A stretch of 63,237 bases of DNA, counting the filler, from Octopus bimaculoides (lineage: Eukaryota), in the NCBI RefSeq assembly GCF_001194135.2. It is 6 parts of 4 records of this genome, joined end to end, with 100 filler letters (N's around TTAATTAATTAA, not from the genome) between each part and the next. Parts side by side here need not be neighbours in the genome. Positions count along the whole stretch, not along the records: positions 6,682 to 33,769 come from NC_068981.1; 5 more parts are not named here. One strand, 5' to 3'. The position numbers and the translations under genes are program-made. Shown here piece by piece: positions 12,338 to 23,799 of this stretch (positions are counted from its first letter, which is position 1; the number at the start of each line of letters is the position of its first letter). The notes below the pieces were generated by a model that did no database searches, had not been told where the DNA came from, and saw nothing but the letters and a program-made list of their open reading frames with translations.

Positions 12338-12659
12338 CTTGTTACGGATACGTAAACGGGAGCAGCGTGAAAAGAATTGGGCTGCTGAAGGAATTGAATT
12401 CACGATCTTCTCAAAATGAGCCAACCGTCCTAACCACTCAACCATGTGCCTTCGCATGTGAAATGTAAATAAGGCAAATGTAACCGATAATACCGATTTC
12501 AAATTTTGACACAAGGCCAGCAATTTCAAAGGACCGTATAAGTGTTCAACTGGTACTTTTTTTATCGACCCCGAATTTGAACTCAGGACTCTAAGCATTT
12601 TACCCGGCGTGTTAACGATTCTGCCAACTCGCCGACTTTATATTACCGGTAATATTATT

Positions 12660-13057
12660 CTTTTACTTGTTTCAGTCATTTGACTGCGGCCATGCTGAAG
12701 CAGCACCTTTTTAGTCGAACAACTCGACCCCAGGACTTATTGTTTGTAAGCCTAGTACTTATTCTATCGTTCTCTTTTGCCGAACCGCTAAGTTACGTGG
12801 GACATAAAGACATCGACAACGGTTGTTAAGCGATGGTGAGGAACAAACACAGACGCACAAATGCATACACATACACACATATATATGTATATACGACGAG
12901 CTTCTTTCAGTTTCCGTCGACCAAATCAACTCACAAAGCTTTGGTCGGCCCGAGGTTACAGTAGAAAACACTTGCCCAAGGTGCCACGCAGTGAGACTGA
13001 ACCCGGAACCATGTGGTTGGTAAGCAAGCTTCTTACTACACAGCCACGCCTGCGCCT
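12660..13057 (-). mobile_element. SINE family A, near full length
   Basis: Minus-strand head AGGCGCAGGCGTGGCTGTGTAGT...GGTTCAGTC, CTTGGGCAAGTG core, internal (CA/TA)n, tail TGACTGAAACAAGTAAAAG. Confidence 0.85.
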
Positions 13058-13184
13058 AGTTTTAAATTTTGATACAAGAACAGCAACTAGGTCCCAAAAG
13101 GACGGGCAAAGTGAACCTCGGCTGAATTTGAACTCAGACCGATGAAATACCTCTAAGCACTTTGCCCAGTGTGTCTAACAATTC

Positions 13185-13442
13185 TTATTTCTTTATTGCC
13201 CACAAGGGGCTAAACACAGGCGAGACAAACAAGGACAGACAAAGGGATTAAATCGATTACATCGACTCCAGTGCGTTAACTGGTACTTAATTTATCGACC
13301 CCGAAAGGATGAAAAGCAAAGGCAAAGTCAAAGTCAAAGTCAAAGTCGACCTCGGCGGAATTTGAACTCAGAACGTAACGCTGACGAAATACCGCTAAGC
13401 ATTTCGCCCGGCGTGCTAACGATTCTGCCAGCTCACCGCCTT
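13185..13442 (-). mobile_element. SINE family B, full length
   Basis: Minus-strand head AAGGCGGTGAGCTGGCAGAATCGTTAGCACGCCGGGCG, GAGTTCAAATTCC B-box-like motif, CATCCTTTCGGGGTCGATAAATTAAGTACCAG core. Confidence 0.85.
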
Positions 13443-13470
13443 ACTATAACCGTCAATATGAAGTACATAT

Positions 13471-13690
13471 AAAGCGGCGAGCGGCAGAATTGTTAGCATG
13501 CCGGACCAAATGCTTAACAGCGTTTCGTCTGTCTTTACGTTCGAACTTCAAATTCCACCAAGATCGAATTTGTCTTTCATCCTCCGGGGTCGATAGAATA
13601 AGTACCAGTTGAGCACTGGGATCGATGTAATCCATTGACCCCTCCCCCAAAGTTTCTAGCCTGCTGCCGAAATTTGAAACCAATATTAAG
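13471..13690 (+). mobile_element. SINE family B, degenerate
   Basis: AAAGCGGCGAGCGGCAGAATTGTTAGCATGCCGG...CTTTCATCCTCCGGGGTCGATAGAATAAGTACCAG. Confidence 0.8.
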
Positions 13691-13911
13691 TAAATAAGAT
13701 ACTCAGTTCTATATCTCGAACTGTTGCTGTTGCTACTAATTCTAATCATTAAGAGTTGTTCCCTTTCCTGAACCATGGTTCAGGAGAGGACAACTGTTAA
13801 GGAGGGGACATGGTTCAGGAGGAATCATGTCCCATCCTGAACCATTCCCCGGGAGCCTGGGACACGTATCCTTTGTGCTCCTTCCCACCCCACGCCTGCC
13901 AGAACAAGTTT

Positions 13912-13915
<4 letters not shown>

Positions 13916-13969
<54 letters not shown>

Positions 13970-14080
13970 GAATGAATGAATGGACGGGTAGTTGAGTGGA
14001 TGGACGGGTAGTTGAGTGGATGGACGGGTAGTTGAGTGGATGGATGGATGGTTGGATGGTTGGATGGATGGATGGCTGCA
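13916..14080. repeat. (GATA)n, three copies of 20-bp unit TGGACGGGTAGTTGAGTGGA, and (GGAT)n
   Basis: Three exact 20-bp copies at 13981-14040. Confidence 0.95.
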
Positions 14081-14235
14081 TGGACTCCTTCCCAGTTCAG
14101 CTATCCCCGCTCTAAAAGATCTGGGATCAAAAACGGTTCAGTTGTGATCATCATTTTATATGTTTAGAACTACATAATCTAAAATTGCCCTTCCTTTTGT
14201 GTAGACAATAGGCTGTTATTTGAGGTGAGGGAGAT

Positions 14236-14316
14236 ATGGCTTCTATCTTGCAACTGCGTAGAAATATCCTCTTCGGCTCGTTTATCTTCGGAGTGGTTTT
14301 AGCCAGTAACCAGTGA
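14236..14316 (+). CDS. Candidate short ORF/coding exon with signal-peptide-like N-terminus (MASILQLRRNILFGSFIFGVVLASNQ)
   Basis: ATGG context, acceptor CCTTCCTTTTGTGTAG ending 14204, possible donor at 14306; shares MA-x5-RRNIL with the ORF at 22272. Confidence 0.25.
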   Translation: MASILQLRRNILFGSFIFGVVLASNQ

Positions 14317-14494
14317 AGCGATAGCAAATTCAATTGCGTCAACTCTGAATGTCATTTGTTATAGCATTTAGACATTCTTTCCTTCTCCCCTACAATGTTT
14401 AGGAAATAATCCAACAGTGAGACATCATCACCACAACGAAACTTAACTCAGAAAATAATAGAGGGATCTGAAATGTATAACTGTTACCAAAACG

Positions 14495-14945
14495 AGGCGC
14501 TGGCATGGCTGTGTGGTTAAAAAAACTCACTTTGCAACCCTGTGGCTTCGGGTTCAGTCCCACTGTGCAGCTCCTTGGGCAACTGTCTTCTACAATAACC
14601 CCTGGTCGACATATCATGTGATGGGCTTTGGTGAACAGAGACTGTGTAGAAACTCGTTGTGCGTGTGTGTGTGTGTGTGTGTGCTCGCGCGCGCCAAGTG
14701 TGCATGCGTCTGTGTATGTGCGCGTGGGTATACATTTTTGCTTTTCTTTTCTCTCCACGCCCCGGTTGACAACAGGTGTTGGTTTGTTTACGTCTCGTAA
14801 CTTAGTAGTTCAACATAAGCTATTGACAGAATAAGCATCAGAGTTTTAAAAATGAGTACTGGAGTCGACTGGTTCGACTAAACACTTCAATGCGGTGCCC
14901 TAGTATGGCCGCAGTCTGAAACAAATAAAAGAAATAAAAGATAAA
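14495..14945 (+). mobile_element. SINE family A, near full length
   Basis: AGGCGCTGGCATGGCTGTGTGGTT...GGGTTCAGTCCCACTG...CCTTGGGCAACTGTC, internal (GT)n, A-rich tail. Confidence 0.85.
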
Positions 14946-15064
14946 AATATAAACGAATATAAACCAACGAAGGAACCTCTACAAGATGTCGTTCCAGCTA
15001 AAAATTGCAGTCAAATATCTTTTCAAATTACACCTTATCATCTTTGAATATTAAAACCACTTTG

Positions 15065-15176
15065 AAGGCTGCGAGTTGGCAGAAACGTAAGCACGCCGGG
15101 CGAAATGCTTAGCGGTATTTCGTCTGCCGCTACGTTCTGAGTTCAAATTCCGCCGTGGTCGACTTTGCTTTTCATT
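15065..15176 (+). mobile_element. SINE family B, 5' part
   Basis: GCACGCCGGGCGAAATGCTTAGCGGTATTTCGTCTGCCGCTACGTTCTGAGTTCAAATTCCGCC. Confidence 0.85.
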
Positions 15177-15596
15177 CTAAAGAAAAGTCGGGATAGTAAC
15201 AACTAAATGCATTCGGGTACAGGTTTGCTCAGAAAGACCTGACCTAGTGCTAAAAAACGACGACAACATTTGAACAACCCATTATATTCCTTACCTGATT
15301 GTTTATGGCAAATTCTTATGTATATAGGCACCACTACATCAGTTCAATTTTCCTTGTAAGTTTTATTTTATTATTTTTTACTTGTTTCGGTCATTGGACT
15401 ACAGCAATACTGGGGTATCTCCTTGAAAGATTTAATCGAACAAATCAACCCTAGTACTTATTTCTTAAAGTATGTAACGTTTTTCTGTCGATCACTTGTG
15501 CCGAACATATATATATTACGCGGACGTAAAGAAACCAAAACCGGTTGTTAAGCGATGGTAGAGGATCATACACACATACATACACACGCGCACACA

Positions 15597-15656
<60 letters not shown>

Positions 15657-15688
15657 CTGTCATTAACTTTTCTCCTTTCAACTTTTCC

Positions 15689-15718
15689 CTGAAGAAGGAC
15701 TTTGTCTGAAACGTTGAA
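15689..15718 (+). ncRNA. Degenerate minimal hammerhead-ribozyme-like motif
   Basis: CTGAAGA-A-GGAC-TTT-GTCT-GAAAC-GTT: core boxes and stem II present, stem I poorly formed. Confidence 0.35.
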
Positions 15719-16111
15719 TTTTCCATTCCTTTCCCTGCGGCAACTTTATTGTAGCTTTTTATCGATTTCAATCATTAATTATCAGTTTTGCCAACACAGA
15801 GACCAACACCAGCCTCTTCGGAGTATTATTGATCATGTATGTATCTGATCAATATGTGTGTGTGTGTATGTATGTGTATATGTGTGTAAGTGTTTGTGTA
15901 CTTGTGTGTGTGTTTGTTTGTGTGTGAGTGTGCATGTTTTTGTGTGTGCGGTTTGTGTGTGTGCGTGTTTGTACCCACAACGCGTTTCCACACAGTTTCC
16001 ATCTGCCCACTTTACTCATAAGCTCGGGAGCTATGGCTGCCCAGTGGAAACGAACCGGTTCTTAACCACACATCCATGCCTGCACCTATTTCATATATTT
16101 TGTTTTGTTAC

Positions 16112-16581
16112 TCTTTTACTTGTTTCAGTCATTTGACTGCGGCCATGCTGGAGCACCGCCTTTAGTCGAGCAAATTGACCCCAGGACTTATTCTTTGTAA
16201 CCCTAGTACTTATTATATCGCCTTCCTTTGCTGAACCGCTAAGTTACGGGGGCGTAAACACACTAGCATCGGTTGTCGAGCGATGATGGGGGTGGACAAA
16301 CACTGACACACACACACACACACACACGCACACNNNNNNNNNNNNNNNNNNNNNNNNNNNNNNNNNNNNNNNNNNNNNNNNNNNNNNNNNNNNNNNNNNN
16401 NNNNNNNNNNNNNNNNNNNNNNNNNNNNNNNNNNNNNNNNNNNNNNNNNNNNNNNNNNNNNNNNNNNNNNNNNNNNNNNNNNNNNNNNNNNNNNNNNNNN
16501 NNNNNNNNNNNNNNNNNNNNNNNNNNNNNNNNNCATGTGGTTGGTAAGCAAGCTACTTACCACATAGCCACTCCTGCGCCT
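16112..16581 (-). mobile_element. SINE family A (spans gap)
   Basis: Tail at 16112-16310 and head CATGTGGTTGGTAAGCAAGCTACTTACCACATAGCCACTCCTGCGCCT at 16534-16581. Confidence 0.85.
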
Positions 16582-16809
16582 TATTTGCCTTTGCGGTTCT
16601 CTTTTTTTTTTTCCATTTCGCAGGAAAACGAAACTAAATACCGTTAGGTAGGACATTTAGTTCATCGCTGAACATTTTCTCTGATTCTATTGATTCTGAA
16701 TGTTTATCTTCTTCACAATGGTTTATAGCCTCGTCTTGCAGCGTTTGATTGAGTGTGATGCAGTATGACAGCCACTATATGTTGTTATTGAGTTTGTTGT
16801 TGCTGTTAT

Positions 16810-16876
<67 letters not shown>

Positions 16877-19739
16877 GCTGTTGTCGTTGCTGTTGTTATT
16901 GTTACATCTAGTTTACTATTCAGTCCACTTTGATATATCTGCCAGTTTAAGTGTCGATCATAATGGCAACAACAACACAAGATGAACGCCGAATAACAAA
17001 CATAAAATATCTTTGTGTGAAACATCTCTCTAACTAATGAGGAAGTCTCTAGGTAGTCAGCCGCTCCTTCTGCTAGAAACAGCAGCAAAATCTTCGTGTC
17101 ACATTCTGCTGTATTAAAACATTTGATAAAAGGATCTTCAGTCGATGTCTGCGATGAGCATTCAGTTGTTCGGTCGGCTTAATTATCTCATCGGTCATTT
17201 AACATGTAAGCGGTTGAGTACCCCTTAGACACAAGAACTTTTAATGCGATACTTAGACCAAATCAGCGTGACATATAGCGTGACAAGGCTGAATCTGTGA
17301 ATTACAGATTAAAAAAACCCCACCTGACCGGCGTCCACTAGGTCCCTGTCTCCCCAATTTCACTCACAAGGCTTGTCTGAACTCGAAGTTATGGTAAAAC
17401 ATAAATGCCCAAGACTCTGCAAATTGGGATCGAACATGAAACATCATGATTGCGAAGCGAACTTCTTAACTTCTCAACCATGCTCGCGTTCACGAACAAT
17501 AAACAACGTACATCTAGTTCCATTTAGTTTGAATTAAAAAAGGAAGAGGAGTCATGGCTCAAAAGCAAAACAACCACTGCAGCAACAACAATAACAACAG
17601 CTATAGCAATAACGGCACCAGCAATGAAAACATCTGTAACCAAAGTGAAAGCCACCCGGAGGTCGTTTGACATACTAGAAACAGATATAAAATCTACCCT
17701 CAAATCTAACCTTACTGTCATAAATAACAAAACAAAAAAGAGTTATTTATATAGGATAATGTAAACCTATAGCTGAAGAATTTAAGACGTGATGGTAAAG
17801 GCTGGAACGTCTTCATCAATGGCCTGCTCAATCAGAGGTGATCTCGGACTGAACAACAACAGCAGCCAAAGTGGAAACCTCTGCGTGGTCATTTGTCCTG
17901 CGAGAAATAACCATGTAACCTCTCTCAAATCTGATTTAAATGTCATGAACGAAAGAAAAAAGGAGAAAAGGAGAATGACGTATTAGATAATGGAGACCTG
18001 AATACATTATATCGTAAGAATGTCTGACGTGATGATCACGGCTGGAGCGTTTGTTGATCTTTGATCTACACATCCAGGGCTTAACTACGACTAAACAATA
18101 ATAACTGCGTACATTTGTTTCAAATTTTTTTTTCTGCATTTGGTACGAGGCCTGAAAGTAAACGTCAGAACATAAAAAAGCCGGAAGAACTGCCTCTAAG
18201 CATTTAATCCGACGTGCTAACAATTCTGCCAGCACACAGCCTAACATTAGTAAATGTATTAAGCAACATAAAGTGCTAAGCTTTATGTGGAATCATATGA
18301 AATGTTTATAGTTTTTAAATATAAATATGCTTCGAACGCATTTCAACACTATAGTAATATTGGGGCTTTGGGGCTAAACCCTTAAATATTTAGACGAAAA
18401 TTTAAGAGTGAAAACTGAATTCCTAAATTTTTGGTCTCTTTTTGGATGTCTAAAAATAGCAATCAGACCTCCCTCAAGTCACATCACTACCGTTATAAAA
18501 AAAAAAGAGCAAAAACATTGCTCGGTGTAGTCTTAAGGATTCCCTAAAAATGAGATGGTCACAGCCGGAATGCTTCTGGATATAGGCCTGATCAATGGAT
18601 CTTTGTAAAGGCCCTGGAATTTACTATCTCGTGTCCTAGGACTCATAGGGCCTGTTAACGAGTTTCCATGACAAACATGGGGCAGAAATCACAACAGCCC
18701 TTCTGCACGGAATGCCAGTCCGTTGCAGGGTTACTTATTTATAACCGAATGGTCTGGAACAACCTGAAATGAGATATTTTGCTTAAGAACGCAACGCAAT
18801 GCAACGCCCGGTCTGGAAATGGAAACTACCCGAACAACCAGGCCATGTGCCGTCACTCAATTGAGTCTTATTTGAGACCAAAGAAATGACTGTGTTGACA
18901 ATCATTTACCTACTTCTTCGACGAAAGAGTCAACTGTCAATGTAACTTGTTTCTCTGACAGTTTATATGTCTATATAACTACATAGTCACTATAGCATTA
19001 TATATTACATTAATTCAGTCGTTCTTAAACGGTGTATCGCAAGAAATATTTAGAAGTAACGCTGAACAAAGCCTATATTAATCGCATAGGATATCTTGGT
19101 GGGTCTTAGAATTCTAAACATATAATTGAAGGCTTTAGAAAATCCATATTAATACTTGAGGTTTAAAAATGTTATTAATAATTTTGTTATACATAAATGA
19201 TTAATAAAATGAAGTAAGCAGTAGTTTTTTTTTTATGTCATCTTTTCTTAATTTTTAAATGTATAATGTGGTTTTATTCAATTTTCCATGTGAAGTGAGC
19301 TAGTAATTTGTTATTTAATCTCCTGTGCGCCAGAATTTTCATATTTAATCTCCAGTGCACCACGAAGTCAAAATGTTTGAAAACCACTGTGCTAATTAAT
19401 ATAAGATGTATCATTAATGAACAGTATATAATGCCAGTACATGTAACACGTCATTGAAACATTACACTAGATTATGCTAATTAATATAAGATGTATGAGG
19501 TCTATGCAAAAAAGAAAGTGAAGTTTTAAAACGGAGAGCTAATCAGCAATTTAATAACAGCCACGTCACACTGCGTCAGTTAGTCATTCCTCTCTCTACA
19601 CGTGCTTGGGGAAACGTATGTTTTAAATTCACTTGGAAATTTGTCGTAAGTGAAACAAAGAAAGATTTGGAAAATCAACTTTAGGATAAAACTCTGTTTT
19701 ACATTGGAAAAAAAAATCTATCTTTTATCTTTTTTTTTT

Positions 19740-19994
19740 TTCTGTTTCAGTCATTGAACTGCTGTCATGCTGGCACGCCACCTAGAAGGATTTTAGTCGA
19801 ACAGAACGACGCTAATACTTGTTTTTAAAATCTGGTCCTTAGTCTATGACTATCTTCGCCGAACCTCTAAGTTACGGGTACGCAAAGAAGCCAACACCGG
19901 TTGTCAAACGAAAGGGAATAAATACACACACACACATCTATGTATGTATGTATGTATGTATGTATGCATTTATGTATGTATGTATGTATGTATA

Positions 19995-20025
<31 letters not shown>

Positions 20026-20165
20026 GACAGGCTTCCACACAGTTTCCGTCGACTGTATTCACTGGGGCTATGTAGAAAGAAGACACTTACCCAAGGTGCT
20101 GCACAGTAGGGCTGCAGCCAAAAGCACGTAGAGGTAAAGAGAGCTTCTTAACCAATTAGCCATAC
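19740..20165 (-). mobile_element. SINE family A, diverged
   Basis: GTTTCAGTCATT..., CTAAGTTACGGG, CAGTTTCCGTCGAC, AGAAGACACTTACCCAAGGTGC motifs. Confidence 0.75.
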
Positions 20166-20177
20166 ATAATATTCTTT

Positions 20178-20388
20178 TCTACTCTAGGCACAAAGCCCAA
20201 AATGTTTGGAGTAGGAGCCAGTCGATTATATCGACCCCAGTACGCAACTGGTACTTAATTTATTGACCGTGAAAGGAGGAAAGGCGAAGTCGACCTCGGC
20301 GGAATTTGAACTCAAATCATAAAGACAGACGAAACACCACTAAGCATTTCGCCCGGCGTGCTAACGTTTCTGCCAGCTCGCCGCCTTA
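20178..20388 (-). mobile_element. SINE family B
   Basis: TAAGCATTTCGCCCGGCGTGCTAACGTTTCTGCCAGCTCGCCGCCTT head (reverse) and ACTGGTACTTAATTTATTGACC core. Confidence 0.85.
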
Positions 20389-21112
20389 AATATTTTTTTC
20401 TACTCAAGGCACAAGGCCCATTTTTGTTAGCTCGCCGCCTTAGCCGTATCTAATATTGCAGCAGATCAATAGGGAGATTGTCTGAACCGTACGCAATGCC
20501 ATTATTGTGGTACCAGCGTTTCAAATAGGAGAGAAGACATTCACAGAAAATGATTCCACGATAACGGACGACATTGCGATAGTGTGGGTTACAATCCGTG
20601 TCTATAGTTGCTTGATTTTCCATGAGGTTTCCAGGAAGATGAAAAAAAAGCATTAAGAAACATTGTGTTGTCTCATAATTTATGCTGCGTTTTCTGTGCG
20701 GCGAACAAAAACAGAACCGAATCGCTCTCGGTTATGAGCTGCTTGATAATTTGCTGATGAAAACTAACTGAAAAGTGCCATAATGGGTGACAAAACGTGG
20801 GTGGACCGTCATTATATCGAAAGAGAAGGTAGTCGTTGCAATAAATAAATAATTAGATCACAAATAAATGTTGAAATATAATATTCTGATCTTGAGACAA
20901 TTTTCGACGCACCTGAGAGCACTTCCGCGAACACAGTGCATACATTTTGGAAAGCGCTGATCTAGAATTAAATTATGTAACGTTTCTTTCCTTTATTTAA
21001 GGCAGCAAGCAAATAATCTGAGGGAAAATTGGCTACTTTTTCAAGCAGATTAAGCAACAGTGCATAGGTCTCGCCACTGACTCAGCAAATATTCCAGTTT
21101 CGTACAAATGTA

Positions 21113-21394
21113 GAGTTTATCTCTACAGATTTCCTACAGAATTTCCTATAGCATTTCGAGCCAGCAATTAATTTTACGACGTTTTGTAAATGAAGACGTT
21201 TATGTGAGCAATGCGATCGAAGACAGAAGAAATAGGTAATGGTGTATATGACTGGAATATGTATATACACCCATTACCAATTTCTTCTGTCTTCGACTGC
21301 ATTGTTTATGTTAAACGTATTCATATACAAAACGTCGCAACTTTCAGTGCTGGCTCTGAATTCTATCGAAGATCAGTAGAAATAAATGAACTTT
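21113..21394. repeat. Fold-back palindrome (about 135-bp arms, about 13-nt loop), MITE-like
   Basis: TCGAAGACAGAAGAAATAGGTAATGGTGTATAT is mirrored by ATATACACCCATTACCAATTTCTTCTGTCTTCGA; complementarity continues outward (GAGCCAGCA/TGCTGGCTC, CGACGTTTTGT/ACAAAACGTCG). Confidence 0.85.
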
Positions 21395-22271
21395 AAAGGA
21401 GATGAACTTGAAAATGAGAACAAAGACACAGTATTGACTTCTAAGCCTTTAATATACTTGCCAGTATATTATGGCTGCAAAACGAAATATTGTAACCTTG
21501 CTAGAAATTAGTTTTATACAGATGTAAATAGGCAGCCCAGTTGTTACTACATTTGTTGCGACAGATCGAAACTTTGTTTAGTTGTGTTACAACATTGCTT
21601 CTGCTACGTTTTGAGTTCATAACCCGCCAGGATCAACTTCGTTTTCAATCCTTCAGTAAATAAAGTAACAAGTATTGAAATCGATTTTTATTCCTGTAAT
21701 GCATCCGAGATGTGAGCGAAATTACGGTAGAAGAAGACCATATGCCTTCTAGACATTTATTTTGTTGATATAGTCCATATATTTTTTTATGTAAATGTTA
21801 CAAGAAAGTTAACTCTTTTCAGCATCGATAAAACTGCAGATCTTTTACAATATGCATTCCATCATACCCACATACTGTGTATCACAAGTCAATCCCTGTT
21901 TTATAGATTATATATATAGTTTATCATTAAATTCAGAACTACAATATAATCTTTAAAAAAAGAAGAACCTGAAGAAAAAAAATCCCTAAAAATACAAAGA
22001 AACTTTCGAGTAATTTTCTGATTCTCATCAATTTTATCTCCGGCTATGTTGAGGATGAGATTTTCCAGATAATGGGATTACGAACAATAATCGTGGTCTC
22101 ACTATTAGGTAAATTCATTTCTCTAATATTACACGCATGAAAGGGCACCACTGAATGTCTCCAATGATTGCCGAAAATGATCAATAAAAAAAAAATTACC
22201 GATTACCAATCAATACTTGTTCGCATATTGTGTTTTTGTTTCTGATTCCATTTCCTTCAGTTTCTTCGCCA

Positions 22272-22442
22272 ATGGCAAAATTTCCAAATTTTCGGCGGAA
22301 CATTCTTCAACTTGCGCTGATTTGTTTTTTTGGGGTTTCTTTTGTTGTGATTTTTTTTTTGTTTTTGTTTTGTTTTCTTTTTTTTTTTACCTCTTTCCAT
22401 ATTATGTTTCGTTGGTTATCTTACTGTGGGCAAGGTCTGTGA
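22272..22442 (+). CDS. Candidate short ORF/coding exon (MAKFPNFRRNILQLALICFFG...)
   Basis: Strong acceptor TTTTTGTTTCTGATTCCATTTCCTTCAG ending 22260, ATGG context; the 3' half is T-rich low complexity. Confidence 0.25.
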   Translation: MAKFPNFRRNILQLALICFFGVSFVVIFFLFLFCFLFFFTSFHIMFRWLSYCGQGL

Positions 22443-22489
22443 CCGAATCGATGAAACTTTGTAAACATATGCGCACAGCAAATGTCTAC

Positions 22490-22700
22490 AAATATAAGGG
22501 TACAGCAGTAGTCCACAAATTTACGGGTAAAATTACCAACAAATACACGGGTATAATAGCTATCTAGTGGCATACAGGTCAGTAAATATACGGGTATGAC
22601 AACTGTTTAGAAACACACGGGTAAAGCAACTGTCAACAAATATACGGTTACAGTGGCAGTCTAGAAACATACGGATAACTGTCTACAAAGGGCATAGTAA
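22490..22700. repeat. Degenerate ~27-bp minisatellite with core AAAYAYACGGGTA
   Basis: Core starts at 22490, 22517, 22541, 22584, 22611, 22638, 22665. Confidence 0.75.
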
Positions 22701-23799
22701 CAATTTGCAAACATAGAGGCATAATAGGTGTTTAGTGGTTGTTTGCTAACACCGTTGAGATGTGGAATTTAAACTCTAGAGATATCGTCATAGAAGAGAT
22801 TCAAGCAATATGTTATATATTGAATTCGGTCTCTTGAGAGACAGCAGTTCAAATCCCAGTAGATTTATTTTTCGCTTATACATTTGTCTATGCTGATCTT
22901 TCTCTGATGAGCATCTGTGAGTCTGTCACTAGCTACTCATACCATAATTTATTAGCCTACTCCCACTTTAACCGCTTGAAATACCTCCCTCCGCTTCCTA
23001 CATCAACTACTTCTCCCCGACTGTTTGGTCAGCTTCCCACAGCCCTTCATGACATTCACTTTCTCTTCAACCATCGAAGTAGGGGCTAAGTTGTCGTTAG
23101 CCCTGCTAGAAATTGCAACCAAATTCACTTCAATCATATCCTGTTATCTTAAATAATGAAAGGGAACATTGAAAAAGGTAACTCCGAATGTATAAAAAAG
23201 ACAGGATTGTTAAAGCTTGATCAACATTGATCAGATATTTGCTCAGTCAGGGCTGGCCTATGACTAAATAACAACAAAATAATTTATTCACTTCTTTTTC
23301 ACTTCCGCTTGTCATCACTTCATTATCCGTCTAGTATTAATAAGTACGCACGCATGTACACACAAACACACACACACAAACACATACACTAACACACATA
23401 TACACACAGTATATACAGACAAACAGATAAACAGATAGCTAGACAGACAGATAGACAGACATTTATATAGAGTTAGCTTATGTAATTTCGATGCAACGAT
23501 GAGCAACATAGTATCTGAAGCCATGTGTAAGGTCATAGGTAATCATATTTTACAAACAACGTTCAATAACTTCAAATCTTGCCTGTATCAATATTATGGA
23601 TTATTAAATATATGGAGTATGAATGTCCATCGGTTAGATAGATTACTGTTGAAACAAATAAACGCGTAGTTAATATTACAAGATATAACCTTAGATCTAA
23701 AAACAGAATATTGCTAGATATAACCTCAGACCTAAAAACAAATATATAGTGATCCTTTTAAGGAGCCGAATAGAGAGTTACCATACATAAATACCGATT

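Noticed and set aside
13981-14040. CRISPR-like repeat arrays (20-bp, 15-bp and 27-bp units)
   Set aside because: Eukaryotic context, no unique equal-length spacers and no cas genes; these are ordinary minisatellites.
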